A stretch of DNA of 64,000 bases from Pseudomonadota bacterium (GTDB lineage Archaea > Thermoplasmatota > SW-10-69-26 > JACQPN01 > JAJPHT01). The notes under the pieces are model-generated. The model was not told the DNA's origin, did no database searches, and saw only the letters and a list, made by a program, of their open reading frames with translations. The translations under genes were made by a program, and so were the position numbers. The stretch spans positions 32,001-96,000 of the forward strand of contig JAJPHT010000013.1 in assembly GCA_021325135.1 (NCBI GenBank), written 5' to 3'. Within the stretch, counting starts at the first letter, position 1. Each line of letters opens with the position of its first letter. This document shows positions 1-10,253 of this stretch, piece after piece.

Positions 1-155
1 GCCTGCCGCCGCTGCCAAGCCCCCCTTGACCTGGCCCGCCGGGCGGCCCTCGTGCCGAGCCCGCGCGCGGGCCTCCTCCTGGACGTGGCCTGCGAGACGT
101 GCGGGCACCGCGCGCTTTATCCGGCCCCTGGGCCGCTGGGCCATCACGCGCGGGG

Positions 156-162
156 TTAAATA
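156..162 (+). promoter_or_regulatory. TATA-like box of archaellin gene
   Basis: TTAAATA about 30 nt upstream of ATG 193 in GC-rich background. Confidence 0.6.
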
Positions 163-192
163 GCGCCTGCAAGAGGGGACAACTCGATAGCC

Positions 193-771
193 ATGAGCGC
201 CCGCTTGCACGCTGTCCGCCTCCGTCGCTCCGACGCGGCCGAGGTTGGTGTGGGGACGCTGATCATCTTCATCGCCATGGTGCTCGTCGCCGCCGTCGCG
301 GCCGCCGTCATCATCGGCACGTCCGGGAGCCTGGAGCAGCGCGCCCAGCAGACGGGCAAGGAGGCCACCGCGGAGGTGTCCTCCAACGTGAAGGTCGTCG
401 GCATCTACGGCCTGCGCAACGACACCTCCACGGACATCTACACGGTCCGCATGGAGCTGAGCCTCTCGGCGGGCAGCAAGGACGTCGACCTCAACACCAT
501 GATCATCCGCTACTCGGACGGCAACAACGTCCGCGTGTACGGCTTCAACGCCACGCCCGGCTTCACCCTCAGCTGGGTCCGCGGCGTCGGCACGAACAAC
601 GTCATGAAGCAGGGCGACCTGGTCGACCTCGACTTCACCACCGTGAGCACCACGCTGGCGCCGCGCACGACCGTGCAGGTCACCCTCCTGCCCGAGATCG
701 GGGCGCCCATCGACATCGTGCTCAAGACGCCGCCCACCTACGGCACGGACACCAACGTGCTGATCCAATAG
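193..771 (+). CDS. flaB: Archaellin (archaeal flagellin)
   Basis: Class III signal and conserved N-terminus VGVGTLIIFIAMVLVAAVAAAVII..SGSLEQRAQQTG; LSAGSKDVDL; C-terminal PEIGAP. Confidence 0.93.
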   Translation: MSARLHAVRLRRSDAAEVGVGTLIIFIAMVLVAAVAAAVIIGTSGSLEQRAQQTGKEATAEVSSNVKVVGIYGLRNDTSTDIYTVRMELSLSAGSKDVDLNTMIIRYSDGNNVRVYGFNATPGFTLSWVRGVGTNNVMKQGDLVDLDFTTVSTTLAPRTTVQVTLLPEIGAPIDIVLKTPPTYGTDTNVLIQ

Positions 772-812
772 GCGTGGGCGCCCCCGGCCCGGAGGGCCGT
801 CCTCGCCTGAGT

Positions 813-956
813 GGTGTTGCTCCTTCTCCTCACGTCTTAGCGCGACAACGCCACGGCGCCACGACGCGACGGACGAGGGAACCCTTGTTTCCCCAATCGT
901 CGCGTCGTGGCGCCGTGGCGGCGTCGCGTCAAGACATGACAGAAAAGGAAAGCACC
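813..956. repeat. Long imperfect inverted repeat
   Basis: Perfect 23-bp arms 849-871 / 898-920, extended by 841-846/923-928 and imperfect outer arms. Confidence 0.85.
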
Positions 957-1072
957 GTGGCGTGGAGAAGGGAAAGGGCCCATCCCACTGGAGCCCGGAC
1001 AGAACGGCCAGACGCCCTGTCCAATGGGTCGGTGGGTTTTAAGGGGGGGACCCGCCATCGCCCCTCGATTCC

Positions 1073-2380
1073 ATGGCCGACTTTGACGTCATCGTCGTGG
1101 GCGCCGGCGTCTGCGGCTCCACGGCTGCGGCGCGCATGGCCCAGAAGGGCCTGAACGTCCTCCTCGTGGACCGCGCGAAGCCCATCGGGTCGAAGAACCT
1201 CTCGGGCGGCGTCCTGTGGGGCCACGACCTGGACGAGGTCTTCCCCAACTGGTGGAAGGACGGCCCGGTCGAGCGCCCGATCACCCAGAAGGGCGTCGGC
1301 ATGCTCACCAAGGAGTCGAACTTCACCATCGGCTTCGGCACCGAGGAGTGGAAGCGCGCGCCCCACAACGCGTTCAGCGTGCTGCGCGCCCGCTTCGACC
1401 TGTGGCTCTCCGAGCAGGCCGCCAAGGCCGGCGTCACCGTCATCGACGGCGTGAACGTGGATCACCTCGCCGTGGACGACGTGAACGGCATCCGCACGGT
1501 CAAGGGCGTCGTCCAGGGCGGCGACACCATCACGGGCGACTGCGTGCTCCTGGCGGATGGCTGCAACTCGCGCCTCAGCATGGACCTGGGCATCCGCGGC
1601 AAGCTCGACCGTGTGAACTACGTTACCGGCGTCAAGCAGGTCATCAAGTTCCCCAGCGAGAAGGCCATCGAGGACCGCTTCGGCATCGGCCCCGGCGAGG
1701 GCGTCGCCTACGAGTACGTGCTGGGCTACCTGGAGAACGGCGCCAAGGCGGGCGGCTTCCTCTACACCAACAAGGACACCATCTCCCTGGGCGTCGTCGT
1801 CAACCTCGACAGCATCTGGGAGAAGGGCGTCTACAACCACAAGATCATGGAGTCCTTCCGCACGCACCCCGCCATCGCGGGCCTGCTCCGCGGCGGCGAC
1901 ATGGTGGAGTACGGCGCGCACCTCATCCCCGTGGGCATGGAGCACTGCGTCCCGCAGCTTTCCGGCCAGGGCTGGATGATCGCGGGCGACGCGGCCGGCT
2001 TCGTCTACAGCAACGGCCTCGTGATCCACGGCATGAACTACGCCATCAAGAGCGGCATCCTCGCGGCCGACGCCGCCGTCGCCGCCAAGGCCGCGGGCGG
2101 CTTCACCCAGCGCAACCTCTCCGTCTACGACCGCTCCATCAAGGAGTCCTACATCTGGAAGGACTTCGAGAACCTCGGCACCGCGCACGAGTTCGAGTGG
2201 GACGACATGAACCACTTCGTCATCCCCAAGCTCGCCGAGGGCGTGATGAAGGGCATGTTCACCTACACCGGCGAGCCCAAGGAGACCACCGAGACCCGCG
2301 TGCGCCGGCAGCTCAAGGAGCAGAAGGTGAGCCTCGTGAAGCTGGGCAAGTTCGCGCTCAAGGCGAGGAAGTCCCTCTGA
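1073..2380 (+). CDS. fixC: FixC-like FAD-dependent ETF:quinone oxidoreductase
   Basis: VIVVGAGVCG Rossmann motif, GSKNLSGG, LRARFDLWL, EYGAHLIP, GDAAG; followed by fixX. Confidence 0.88.
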   Translation: MADFDVIVVGAGVCGSTAAARMAQKGLNVLLVDRAKPIGSKNLSGGVLWGHDLDEVFPNWWKDGPVERPITQKGVGMLTKESNFTIGFGTEEWKRAPHNAFSVLRARFDLWLSEQAAKAGVTVIDGVNVDHLAVDDVNGIRTVKGVVQGGDTITGDCVLLADGCNSRLSMDLGIRGKLDRVNYVTGVKQVIKFPSEKAIEDRFGIGPGEGVAYEYVLGYLENGAKAGGFLYTNKDTISLGVVVNLDSIWEKGVYNHKIMESFRTHPAIAGLLRGGDMVEYGAHLIPVGMEHCVPQLSGQGWMIAGDAAGFVYSNGLVIHGMNYAIKSGILAADAAVAAKAAGGFTQRNLSVYDRSIKESYIWKDFENLGTAHEFEWDDMNHFVIPKLAEGVMKGMFTYTGEPKETTETRVRRQLKEQKVSLVKLGKFALKARKSL

Positions 2381-2391
2381 GGTGATGACGC

Positions 2392-2691
2392 ATGGCGGAG
2401 CTGACCAAGGAGCCCATGGAAATCAAGGCGATGCTCGGCACGACGAGCTACAACTTCGACGCGCACGAGTACGCCCACATCACCATCGACCAGAGCATCT
2501 GCAAGACGTGCCCGCACTTCATGTGCATGTACGGCTGCCCCGCCGGATGCTTCTCGCTCAACGAGGGCGTCATGCAGTTCCAGTACGAGGACTGCGTCGA
2601 GTGCGGCACCTGTGATATCATGTGCACGCCCGGGTCCGTCAAGTGGAACAACCCGCGCGGCACGTACGGTGTGAAGTACAAGTATGGCTGA
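2392..2691 (+). CDS. fixX: FixX-like ferredoxin
   Basis: CPAGCF..CVECGTCDIMC..W.NPRGTYGVKYKYG, directly after fixC. Confidence 0.88.
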   Translation: MAELTKEPMEIKAMLGTTSYNFDAHEYAHITIDQSICKTCPHFMCMYGCPAGCFSLNEGVMQFQYEDCVECGTCDIMCTPGSVKWNNPRGTYGVKYKYG

Positions 2692-2777
2692 GGAGCGGAG
2701 CGACGAAGCCATGCTTGGACTGAGGCCGATCCCGAGCGAAGCGAGAGGCTTCGGCCGGAAGTACAAGTACGGGTGAG
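2673..2777. repeat. Direct-inverted-direct triplication of fixX 3' end with GCGGAGC/GCGAAGC mini-hairpins
   Basis: 2673-2692 and 2758-2777 match 18/20; inverted copy at 2707-2721. Confidence 0.8.
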
Positions 2778-3027
2778 CCGACCCATGGCCCCGCCCGCCG
2801 CGACTCCCGCGCTTGCGCCCGGCTGGTGGGTGCCCAGCATCAGCGACGTCGCGATGGGGCTCATGGCGCAGCTCACCGCCATGTTCCTGTTCCAGGTCAA
2901 CACGGTGGACGGCGACCGCAGCCTCTGGACGCTCGTGCCGCTGGCGGTCGTCTTCTTCGTGGGCGCCTTCTACGTCGGGCGAGGCGTGAGGAAGCTCCGC
3001 CGGGCGTCGAAGCCGGATTCCCCGTAG
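2773..3027 (+). CDS. Small two-TM membrane protein
   Basis: Two hydrophobic segments and basic tail; start may be ATG 2785. Confidence 0.55.
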   Translation: MSRPMAPPAATPALAPGWWVPSISDVAMGLMAQLTAMFLFQVNTVDGDRSLWTLVPLAVVFFVGAFYVGRGVRKLRRASKPDSP

Positions 3028-3088
3028 GCGCCATCGCTTCCCCTTCCGGAAGCGCCGCTTCAAGACCCCGGCGCGCTTCCCCTCCTTC

Positions 3089-3694
3089 GTGCAATCCTCC
3101 ACCGTCGCGGCGCCGGACCTCGCCAATCGCCTCCTCCCCCAGCTTGCGAAGCGCGGCTTCACGGCCGAGCGCGTGGCCACCGGCGCGGAGGCGCGCGAGG
3201 CCGTGCTGCGCCGCATCCCGGCGGGCGCGCGCGTGATGACCGGCGGCAGCACGACGCTGGAGCAGATCGGCGTGACCGACGCGCTCTCCGCGGGCGATCA
3301 CCACTACCTGCGCGTGGCGATCCGCGCGGAGCAGGACCCGGCGCTGCGCCACAAGCTGCGCGTGGAGGCCAACACGGCGCCCTGGTTCGTCTCCAGCGTG
3401 AACGCGATCACGGAGGACGGCGTCCTCGTCGCGGCCGACGGCGCGGGCAACCGCGTCGCGGCCCTGGCCTTCGGGCCCAGCCACGTCGTCGTGGTGGCGA
3501 GCCTCCACAAGGTCGTGCCCACGCTGGAGGACGCGATGCGCCGCGTGCGCGAGGTCGCGCTGCCCCTGGAGTCGGAGCGCATCCGCAAGGCGGGATACCC
3601 GGGCGGCTCGTACATCGCCAAGTGGACGATCCTGGAGCGCGACCAGCCCGGCCGCGTCCACGTGGTCCTCGTGGACGAGCCGCTGGGCTTCTAG
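3089..3694 (+). CDS. LUD domain (LutC/YkgG-like) protein
   Basis: GGSTTLEQIG, SSVNAITEDG.LV..DG.GNRVAA..FGP, KVVPTLEDA. Confidence 0.85.
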   Translation: MQSSTVAAPDLANRLLPQLAKRGFTAERVATGAEAREAVLRRIPAGARVMTGGSTTLEQIGVTDALSAGDHHYLRVAIRAEQDPALRHKLRVEANTAPWFVSSVNAITEDGVLVAADGAGNRVAALAFGPSHVVVVASLHKVVPTLEDAMRRVREVALPLESERIRKAGYPGGSYIAKWTILERDQPGRVHVVLVDEPLGF

Positions 3695-4599
3695 GGGCGC
3701 GCGTCGCGCACCTTGGCCCTCACGAGATCGAGGTTCATCCGCTGCGCCAGCACCGGGAGAAGCTCCGCTTCGCTGACGCCCGGAAGCCCCTCGACGGCGG
3801 CGTGGAGCCGCGCCATCTCGCCGGCGTTGGCCACGCGGACGAACGCGTCCACGTACCCCTCGAACGCCTGGAGGTAGAACCACGGCGGGAGGGCCTTCCC
3901 CAGCCGCGCCACGAGCTTCGCGGGCGCCGCGCCCTCCTCCAGCGAGAGCACGACGTGGTGGACGAGGGCGCCCTCCACGGCGGAGAAGTCCAGGATGGGC
4001 GCGAACCAGAGCGCGTGCCCGCGCAGGAGCCGCTGGTGGCGGCGCGTGACCGTCTTCCGGCTGACGCCCAGCCGCCGCGCGGCCGCGTCCAGCGTGCCCG
4101 TGGGGTCCGCCATGAGCGCGTCGATGAGGCGCCAGTCCAGCGCGCTGGGCGGGGCCTCGACCTCGGGCAGCGGGGGCTCGAAGGTGGGCGGGACCTCCGC
4201 GACGCCGGGGATGGCCGCGAGGCGCCTGCGGATGGACGCCTCGTCCTCTTGCGCGTCGGCCAGCAGCGCGATCCCCACCCAGGGGCCGACGTGGTCGAGC
4301 ACGTTGACGACGCGCGCCTCCCGCGCCAGCGCCTCCATGGCGCGGGGCTTCTGCGCAAGCGACGCGAAGCGCAACGCGCCCCCGTGCAGCGAGGCGCCCA
4401 CCAGGGCGGGCGTGGGCATCGTCGCGTACCCCTGGAGGAAGCCCTTGCGCTGCCAGCGGCGCAGCCGGTCGCGCACGGTGGTCCGTTCCACGCGCAGGCC
4501 GCGCGCGAGGGCGTTGGCGCACAGGCGCGGGTCGCGGCTGCCCCAGGGCATCCCGTCCTCCAGGATGGCGCGCAGCAGGCGGACGTCCAGGTCGTCCAC
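3691..4599 (-). CDS. Lrp/AsnC-like regulator with duplicated HTH modules
   Basis: Two repeats: DDLDVRLL..LA..L.V..TVRDRL and LDWRLI..AARRLGVSRKTVTRR; GTG start inferred. Confidence 0.75.
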   Translation of the reverse strand: MDDLDVRLLRAILEDGMPWGSRDPRLCANALARGLRVERTTVRDRLRRWQRKGFLQGYATMPTPALVGASLHGGALRFASLAQKPRAMEALAREARVVNVLDHVGPWVGIALLADAQEDEASIRRRLAAIPGVAEVPPTFEPPLPEVEAPPSALDWRLIDALMADPTGTLDAAARRLGVSRKTVTRRHQRLLRGHALWFAPILDFSAVEGALVHHVVLSLEEGAAPAKLVARLGKALPPWFYLQAFEGYVDAFVRVANAGEMARLHAAVEGLPGVSEAELLPVLAQRMNLDLVRAKVRDARP

Positions 4600-4692
4600 G
4601 CGGGCCCAGCGCGGGACCCGGGCAAGAAGGTGTCCCAAAGCGGCGGCGCCGCCCACGCAGGACCTATCGTTCCCCGCGCGCTCCTCGTCTCC

Positions 4693-5166
4693 ATGGCCTC
4701 CAAGCCCATCGTCATCGAGACCCGGTACGCGGCGCCCCCCGAGTGGGTCGCCGCCTGGCTGCAGGACTTCCGCGAGGACGACCTCACGCGCTTCTTCGGC
4801 GACGAGCGGGGCGCTCGCGTCCAGCGCGTGGGCGACCGCGCCGTGATCCAGGGCGTCGTGCCCGGCCTGGGCGACTTCCGGACGGAGGTGCGTCTGGGGG
4901 GACGCCGCTGGACCGCGCAGGGGCTCATCAGCCGCAAGGGCAAGCCCGTCATGGCGACCTCCATCGTGGGGACCGCCGACGCGCTCCCCGACGGGGGGAC
5001 GGTGCATCGCGTCGAGCTTCGCGGCGAGCCCCAGGCGTTCCCCATGACGGTGGTGATGCCGCTCTTCGGGCGCGCCATGATGCTGCGGCGCCTGAAGCCC
5101 GCCTTCGCGCGGATGGCGGAGGCGGCGGACGCGCAGTGGCGCGCCGGCCAGCCCCCCGCCGCGTGA
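4693..5166 (+). CDS. SRPBCC/START-like protein
   Basis: IETRYAAPPEWVAAWLQD N-terminus, GGTVHRV strand, C-terminal helix; similar to 54347-54817. Confidence 0.55.
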   Translation: MASKPIVIETRYAAPPEWVAAWLQDFREDDLTRFFGDERGARVQRVGDRAVIQGVVPGLGDFRTEVRLGGRRWTAQGLISRKGKPVMATSIVGTADALPDGGTVHRVELRGEPQAFPMTVVMPLFGRAMMLRRLKPAFARMAEAADAQWRAGQPPAA

Positions 5167-5173
5167 GGCGCGC

Positions 5174-5491
5174 CTACGGCAGCGCGTAGCCGTAGGAGAC
5201 GTGCTCGTAGGGGCCGACGCTCACCCAGTAGGACCCGGCCACGGTGGGCACGGGCAGGTTGACGCTGGCGGGCTTGTCGCCGGTGAGCCACGAGCCGCAG
5301 TCCACCGCGGTGGTGGCGCCGTCGGTGGACACGAGGCAGTGCGCGCTGTTGGCCTCCTGCGTCACGATGATGCAGACGATGCACAGCGGCGGGCAGAAGG
5401 TGCTCAGGCAGTAGGCCGAGGCCGTAGGGGCGGCCATGGGAACGGCGACGGTCAGGAGGGCGAACGCGAGGAGGATGCCGGGGGTGCGCAT
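5174..5491 (-). CDS. Small secreted cysteine-rich protein
   Basis: Signal peptide ending ASA, then CLSTFCPPLCIVC; 6 Cys in the mature part. Confidence 0.6.
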   Translation of the reverse strand: MRTPGILLAFALLTVAVPMAAPTASAYCLSTFCPPLCIVCIIVTQEANSAHCLVSTDGATTAVDCGSWLTGDKPASVNLPVPTVAGSYWVSVGPYEHVSYGYALP

Positions 5492-5666
5492 CGGGGCGCG
5501 ACGCCCCCGGCGGGACGATGAGCCTGTTGGCGCGAGAGCCGTTCGGCTGCATCCGCGACTCGTCCGGGCGGGCTGGAGCGCTCCACGTCGCTGGGGGCCG
5601 GCCTGCGGCGGAGCCCCCGCGCAGCCTTTATCGGGAGGAGCCCCCTCGTGCGGCCCGATGCCTGCC

Positions 5667-5870
5667 ATGGTCTTCCCGGCGCCGTGCCCCGTGTGCGGCG
5701 GCACGAGGAAGTTCATCGAGTTCAAGGCCGAGCCGTGCACGCCCGGCTCTGAGGGGGAGCGGCGCTACGGCTTCCGTTGCCTCGCGTGCAAGACCATCTT
5801 CGACGACGAGCTGGTGGACCAGGAGGGGGTCAGGCATCGCTGGACCGAAGGCAGGCACGTCACCGCGTAG
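5667..5870 (+). CDS. Small zinc-ribbon protein
   Basis: CPVC...CLAC; TTTAT box upstream near 5627. Confidence 0.65.
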   Translation: MVFPAPCPVCGGTRKFIEFKAEPCTPGSEGERRYGFRCLACKTIFDDELVDQEGVRHRWTEGRHVTA

Positions 5871-5916
5871 GGACGGCTCCGGCGCGCGCTCGCTGCGCTT
5901 CTACCAGTTCCTCGCC

Positions 5917-6189
5917 ATGCAGGGCGCCCTCGCCTTGGCGCTCGTGGGCGTCGCGTGGCTCTCCCGCGGCGACCGGCGCACTGTCGCGCTCTGCCTCGTC
6001 ACGCTGGTCGTCCCCCTGGGATGGGCCCTCGTCTACGAGCTCGCGCACCGCCGCGTCGAGTCCGCGCGCAAGGCCGGCACCTGGAGCGCCGCCTGGGAGC
6101 GAGCGCAGGGCATGAGGGCCATGGGCGTCCTGGGCGGCATCGTGCTCGTCTGGGTGCTCGTGGCCGTGCTCATCGTGCTCTACGCGTGA
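5917..6189 (+). CDS. Small membrane protein (start uncertain)
   Basis: Three hydrophobic segments; host-like codon usage. Confidence 0.55.
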   Translation: MQGALALALVGVAWLSRGDRRTVALCLVTLVVPLGWALVYELAHRRVESARKAGTWSAAWERAQGMRAMGVLGGIVLVWVLVAVLIVLYA

Positions 6190-6194
6190 GCGTC

Positions 6195-6548
6195 TCAGGA
6201 CACGGTGAGCGTGTAGGTCGCCACGTTGCCCACGAGGACGCCCGCGACGCTGACGCTGTAGCCCGAGCACGAGCCCGCGATGAAGACGAGGTGGGCCTGG
6301 CCGCCGACGCCGTAGACCTTGAGGGCGCCCACGGAGAGGGAGAGCACGTCGGTCGCGGGGCCGTACTTCAGGGTCGCCGTGTGGACGTCCACGGTCTGGT
6401 CGCACACGTCGCCGCCGGGACCGCCGTAGCTGTACGAGTCGGTCTCGCCCTGGCGCACGGCGCCGGACTCGGTGGCGGCGGAGGCGAGGCCCGAGAGGGA
6501 GACGACGGCGAGAAGGCCCACGAGGGCGGCGAGGGTGCGGGGGATCAT
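6195..6548 (-). CDS. Small secreted beta-rich protein
   Basis: Signal peptide; SGAVRQGETDSY..YTLTVS, PPC-like pattern. Confidence 0.65.
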   Translation of the reverse strand: MIPRTLAALVGLLAVVSLSGLASAATESGAVRQGETDSYSYGGPGGDVCDQTVDVHTATLKYGPATDVLSLSVGALKVYGVGGQAHLVFIAGSCSGYSVSVAGVLVGNVATYTLTVS

Positions 6549-6602
6549 GCAGAGGCGAGCAGGGGAAGCCCCGAGAAAACGCCGGTGGCGCCGCAGCCGG
6601 GC

Positions 6603-7019
6603 CTATGCGGCGGGCCGGTCTCCAGGCCTCCGGACGACGACGTCAGGCAGGCGCTCCAGCGAGGCGTTCAGGTAGAGGGAATCCCCGAAGTCCAGGCGCG
6701 AAAGGAAGGATGCGACGGAGGGGTCGTCCAGGTCGAAGGTGGAGAAGACGACGCCGCCCGCCTCGGCCAGCTCGCGCGCGTTGCGCATCAGGCGATCGAG
6801 CACGACCACGGTGAACGCGGGGCGCTTGTGGAGCGGCACCGGGTGGTGGTCCTCCGACTGCACGAGCACGTGGCGCCCCGGCAGGTCGGGCGCCAGGGCG
6901 AGGGCAGCCGGGTGGACGCCGATGGCGCGCGGGGCCAGGTCGTAGCTGACGCCTCCATAGGCCGCCACGTACCGGTCGCGGAAGGCCCGCAGCGGGCCCC
7001 CGGCGAAGGGCTTGTCCAT
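6603..7019 (-). CDS. Hypothetical protein
   Basis: 138-aa ORF with normal composition. Confidence 0.55.
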   Translation of the reverse strand: MDKPFAGGPLRAFRDRYVAAYGGVSYDLAPRAIGVHPAALALAPDLPGRHVLVQSEDHHPVPLHKRPAFTVVVLDRLMRNARELAEAGGVVFSTFDLDDPSVASFLSRLDFGDSLYLNASLERLPDVVVRRPGDRPAA

Positions 7020-7138
7020 GACCGTCTGTTTCTGTCTCGTCCACTCATGAAGCCTTTCCTTTCCCCCTCGGGGTGGTCGCCAGCGGCCGATCCGGCGTGG
7101 CGCAACCCTTTTGCGGCCCCGGCGAGGGTGGAAGCCCG

Positions 7139-7360
7139 ATGCCTCCCGTCTCGGAGCGCGACGCCCAGGAAGCCCTCGCCGCCCTGGAGCGGCTGCTGCG
7201 GCACGACGTCGTCACCCTGGAGGAGGCGCGCCTCGCCGCCCGCCTCGTGACGGGCCGCGACGACCTGGAGTTCCCGCCCCCCGCCCCGCCCGCCTCCGAG
7301 CCGGCCGCTGCCGCCGCGCCCCCCGAGGCAGGCACGCCCCCCGAGCAGCCCCCTCCGTAA
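7139..7360 (+). CDS. Hypothetical protein with Pro-rich tail
   Basis: Helical N-terminal part, host-like codon usage. Confidence 0.55.
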   Translation: MPPVSERDAQEALAALERLLRHDVVTLEEARLAARLVTGRDDLEFPPPAPPASEPAAAAAPPEAGTPPEQPPP

Positions 7361-7401
7361 GGGAAGGGTTTTGGGGAAGCGACCCCTGGGCGAGACCGAC
7401 C

Positions 7402-7581
7402 ATGGCGGCGAGGAAGGACCTCTTCTGCAAGGACTGCCGCTACTGGTACGGCGCGGAGGACGACGAGTACGGCCCGTGCCAGATCAAGCAGTCGCGGGGC
7501 GACCGGCGCTTCGTGACGTTCGGCGGCCACCCTTGCGACGAGCCGCTGGCCCTCAAGGAGTACGGGGTGCAGCGCGAGTGA
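7402..7581 (+). CDS. 59-aa four-Cys putative metal-binding protein
   Basis: MAARKDLFCKDCRYWY..GPCQ..HPCD; its TGA overlaps the GTG of the next gene. Confidence 0.7.
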   Translation: MAARKDLFCKDCRYWYGAEDDEYGPCQIKQSRGDRRFVTFGGHPCDEPLALKEYGVQRE

Positions 7582-8402
7582 GCGTCGCCCTCCGCCGCAT
7601 GCGCGCCGACGAGCTGGCCGCCGCGCCCGACCTCCTGCGCCCCGAAGGGTGGGGCTTCGAGGTGGAGGAGCTTCAACGCCTGACGCGCCTGGGCGGCTCG
7701 GTGGGCGGCTTCGACGAGCAGGGGCGCCTGCTGGCGTACCTCACCTTCGTGGACCTGCCGCCCGTCCGCTGGATCGGCAACGTCGTCGTGCACGCCTCGC
7801 TGCGCGGCAAGGGCGTCGGCGCGAAGCTCGTGGAGGAGGCGCTCCGCGACGCGCCGCGCGCCGGGCTCTACGCGGTGGAGAAGGCCGTGACGCTCTACGA
7901 CCGCCTGGGCTTCGTCCCCTGGGGCGGCGAGGCGTGGGCGCACCGCGCGACGCAGGCCAGGCCTCTGAGACCCAGCGTCACGCAGCCCATGGGCCGGGAC
8001 GACCTGCTGGAGGTCGCGCGGCTCGACCGGCGCGTCTCGGGCATGGACCGGGGCTACCTCCTGCGCGAGCTTCTCAAGGCGTACCCCGAAGGCGCGCGCG
8101 TCGCCCGCAGCGGGAACCACCTCGTGGGCTTCGGCTTCGCGAAGACGAGCCCCGACGTGACCGAGATCGGGCCCGTGGTCGCGACGACGCCCCGCGCCGC
8201 GGAGGACCTTCTCGACGCGCTCATCGCCGGCTCGCCGGGGCCCCACGAGGCGACCGCGCTCTCCGCCAACCCCAAGGCGATGGAGGCGCTGCGCGAGCGC
8301 GGCTTCTTGCCCAGCTTCCGCACGATCATCATGGTCCGCGGCGCGCCCCCCGAGTGGCGCCCGCAGCAGATCGTGGCCGCCGCAGGCCTGGAGAAAGGGT
8401 GA
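7578..8402 (+). CDS. Tandem GNAT acyltransferase (YitH/HolE-like architecture)
   Basis: Motif A VVVHASLRGKGVGAKL, LYDRLGF; second domain LDRRVSGMDR..GFGF..IGPVVA. Confidence 0.85.
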   Translation: MSVALRRMRADELAAAPDLLRPEGWGFEVEELQRLTRLGGSVGGFDEQGRLLAYLTFVDLPPVRWIGNVVVHASLRGKGVGAKLVEEALRDAPRAGLYAVEKAVTLYDRLGFVPWGGEAWAHRATQARPLRPSVTQPMGRDDLLEVARLDRRVSGMDRGYLLRELLKAYPEGARVARSGNHLVGFGFAKTSPDVTEIGPVVATTPRAAEDLLDALIAGSPGPHEATALSANPKAMEALRERGFLPSFRTIIMVRGAPPEWRPQQIVAAAGLEKG

Positions 8403-8406
8403 CCGC

Positions 8407-9648
<1,242 letters not shown>

Positions 9649-9710
9649 GGCCGGCCACGAAGCGCGACCCGCCGGAACGCTGAAGCCCCCCGCCCGCTCC
9701 TCATCGCCCC

Positions 9711-10169
9711 GTGGCCGACGACGCGCCCACGGTCATCGCCATCATCCAGGCGACGCTGGCCCCCATCTTCCTCGTGAGCGGCGGCGCCATCTTCCTCAAC
9801 TTCACCCAGGCGCGCCTCTTCCGCGTCATCGACCGCCTCCGCCAGATCGGCAAGGAGCTGGACCACGCGAGCCCCAACGTCGAGCCCGACCTGCGCTGGC
9901 AGCGCGACCGGCACCTCGTGCGCGCCGTCATCCTGCGCAACGCCATCCTCTTCGGCGTGCTGGTCATCGCGTTCACCGTCATCACCGCGCTGCTGCTCCT
10001 CTTCAGCGGCGTCGAGTCGGGCGTCGGCACGGGCCGCTGGCCCCTCCTCACCTTCGGCCTCGCCATGGTGGCCTTCGCCGTCGCGCTGGGGCTCGTCGTC
10101 GTGGACGCCTTCCTCTCGGTGGCGGCGGCGCGGCACGCGGCGCGGGAGTTCCACGAGGGGCGGCGGTGA
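9711..10169 (+). CDS. DUF2721-like membrane protein
   Basis: IQATLAPIFLVSG..ARLFRVIDR; three TM segments. Confidence 0.7.
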   Translation: MADDAPTVIAIIQATLAPIFLVSGGAIFLNFTQARLFRVIDRLRQIGKELDHASPNVEPDLRWQRDRHLVRAVILRNAILFGVLVIAFTVITALLLLFSGVESGVGTGRWPLLTFGLAMVAFAVALGLVVVDAFLSVAAARHAAREFHEGRR

Positions 10170-10175
10170 CCGACG

Positions 10176-10202
10176 CTGGGGGGCCTGCCCCCCAGACCCC
10201 CC
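10176..10202. repeat. REP-like short palindrome
   Basis: CTGGGGGG-cctg-CCCCCCAG followed by ACCCCCC. Confidence 0.45.
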
Positions 10203-10253
10203 TTCGCCGGAAACCCTTAAAACGGGGTCCCCTCTCCAGCGTCCGGTCCCTCC

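Noticed and set aside
2689-2760. TGA of fixX followed by hairpins, considered as selenocysteine/SECIS readthrough
   Set aside because: FixX proteins normally end at this Y-x-Y-G motif, and the downstream copy is out of frame.
3036-3085. Short CGCTTCCCCT direct repeat with an inverted GGAAGCG
   Set aside because: Too short to separate from chance, and it overlaps the probable LUD gene promoter.
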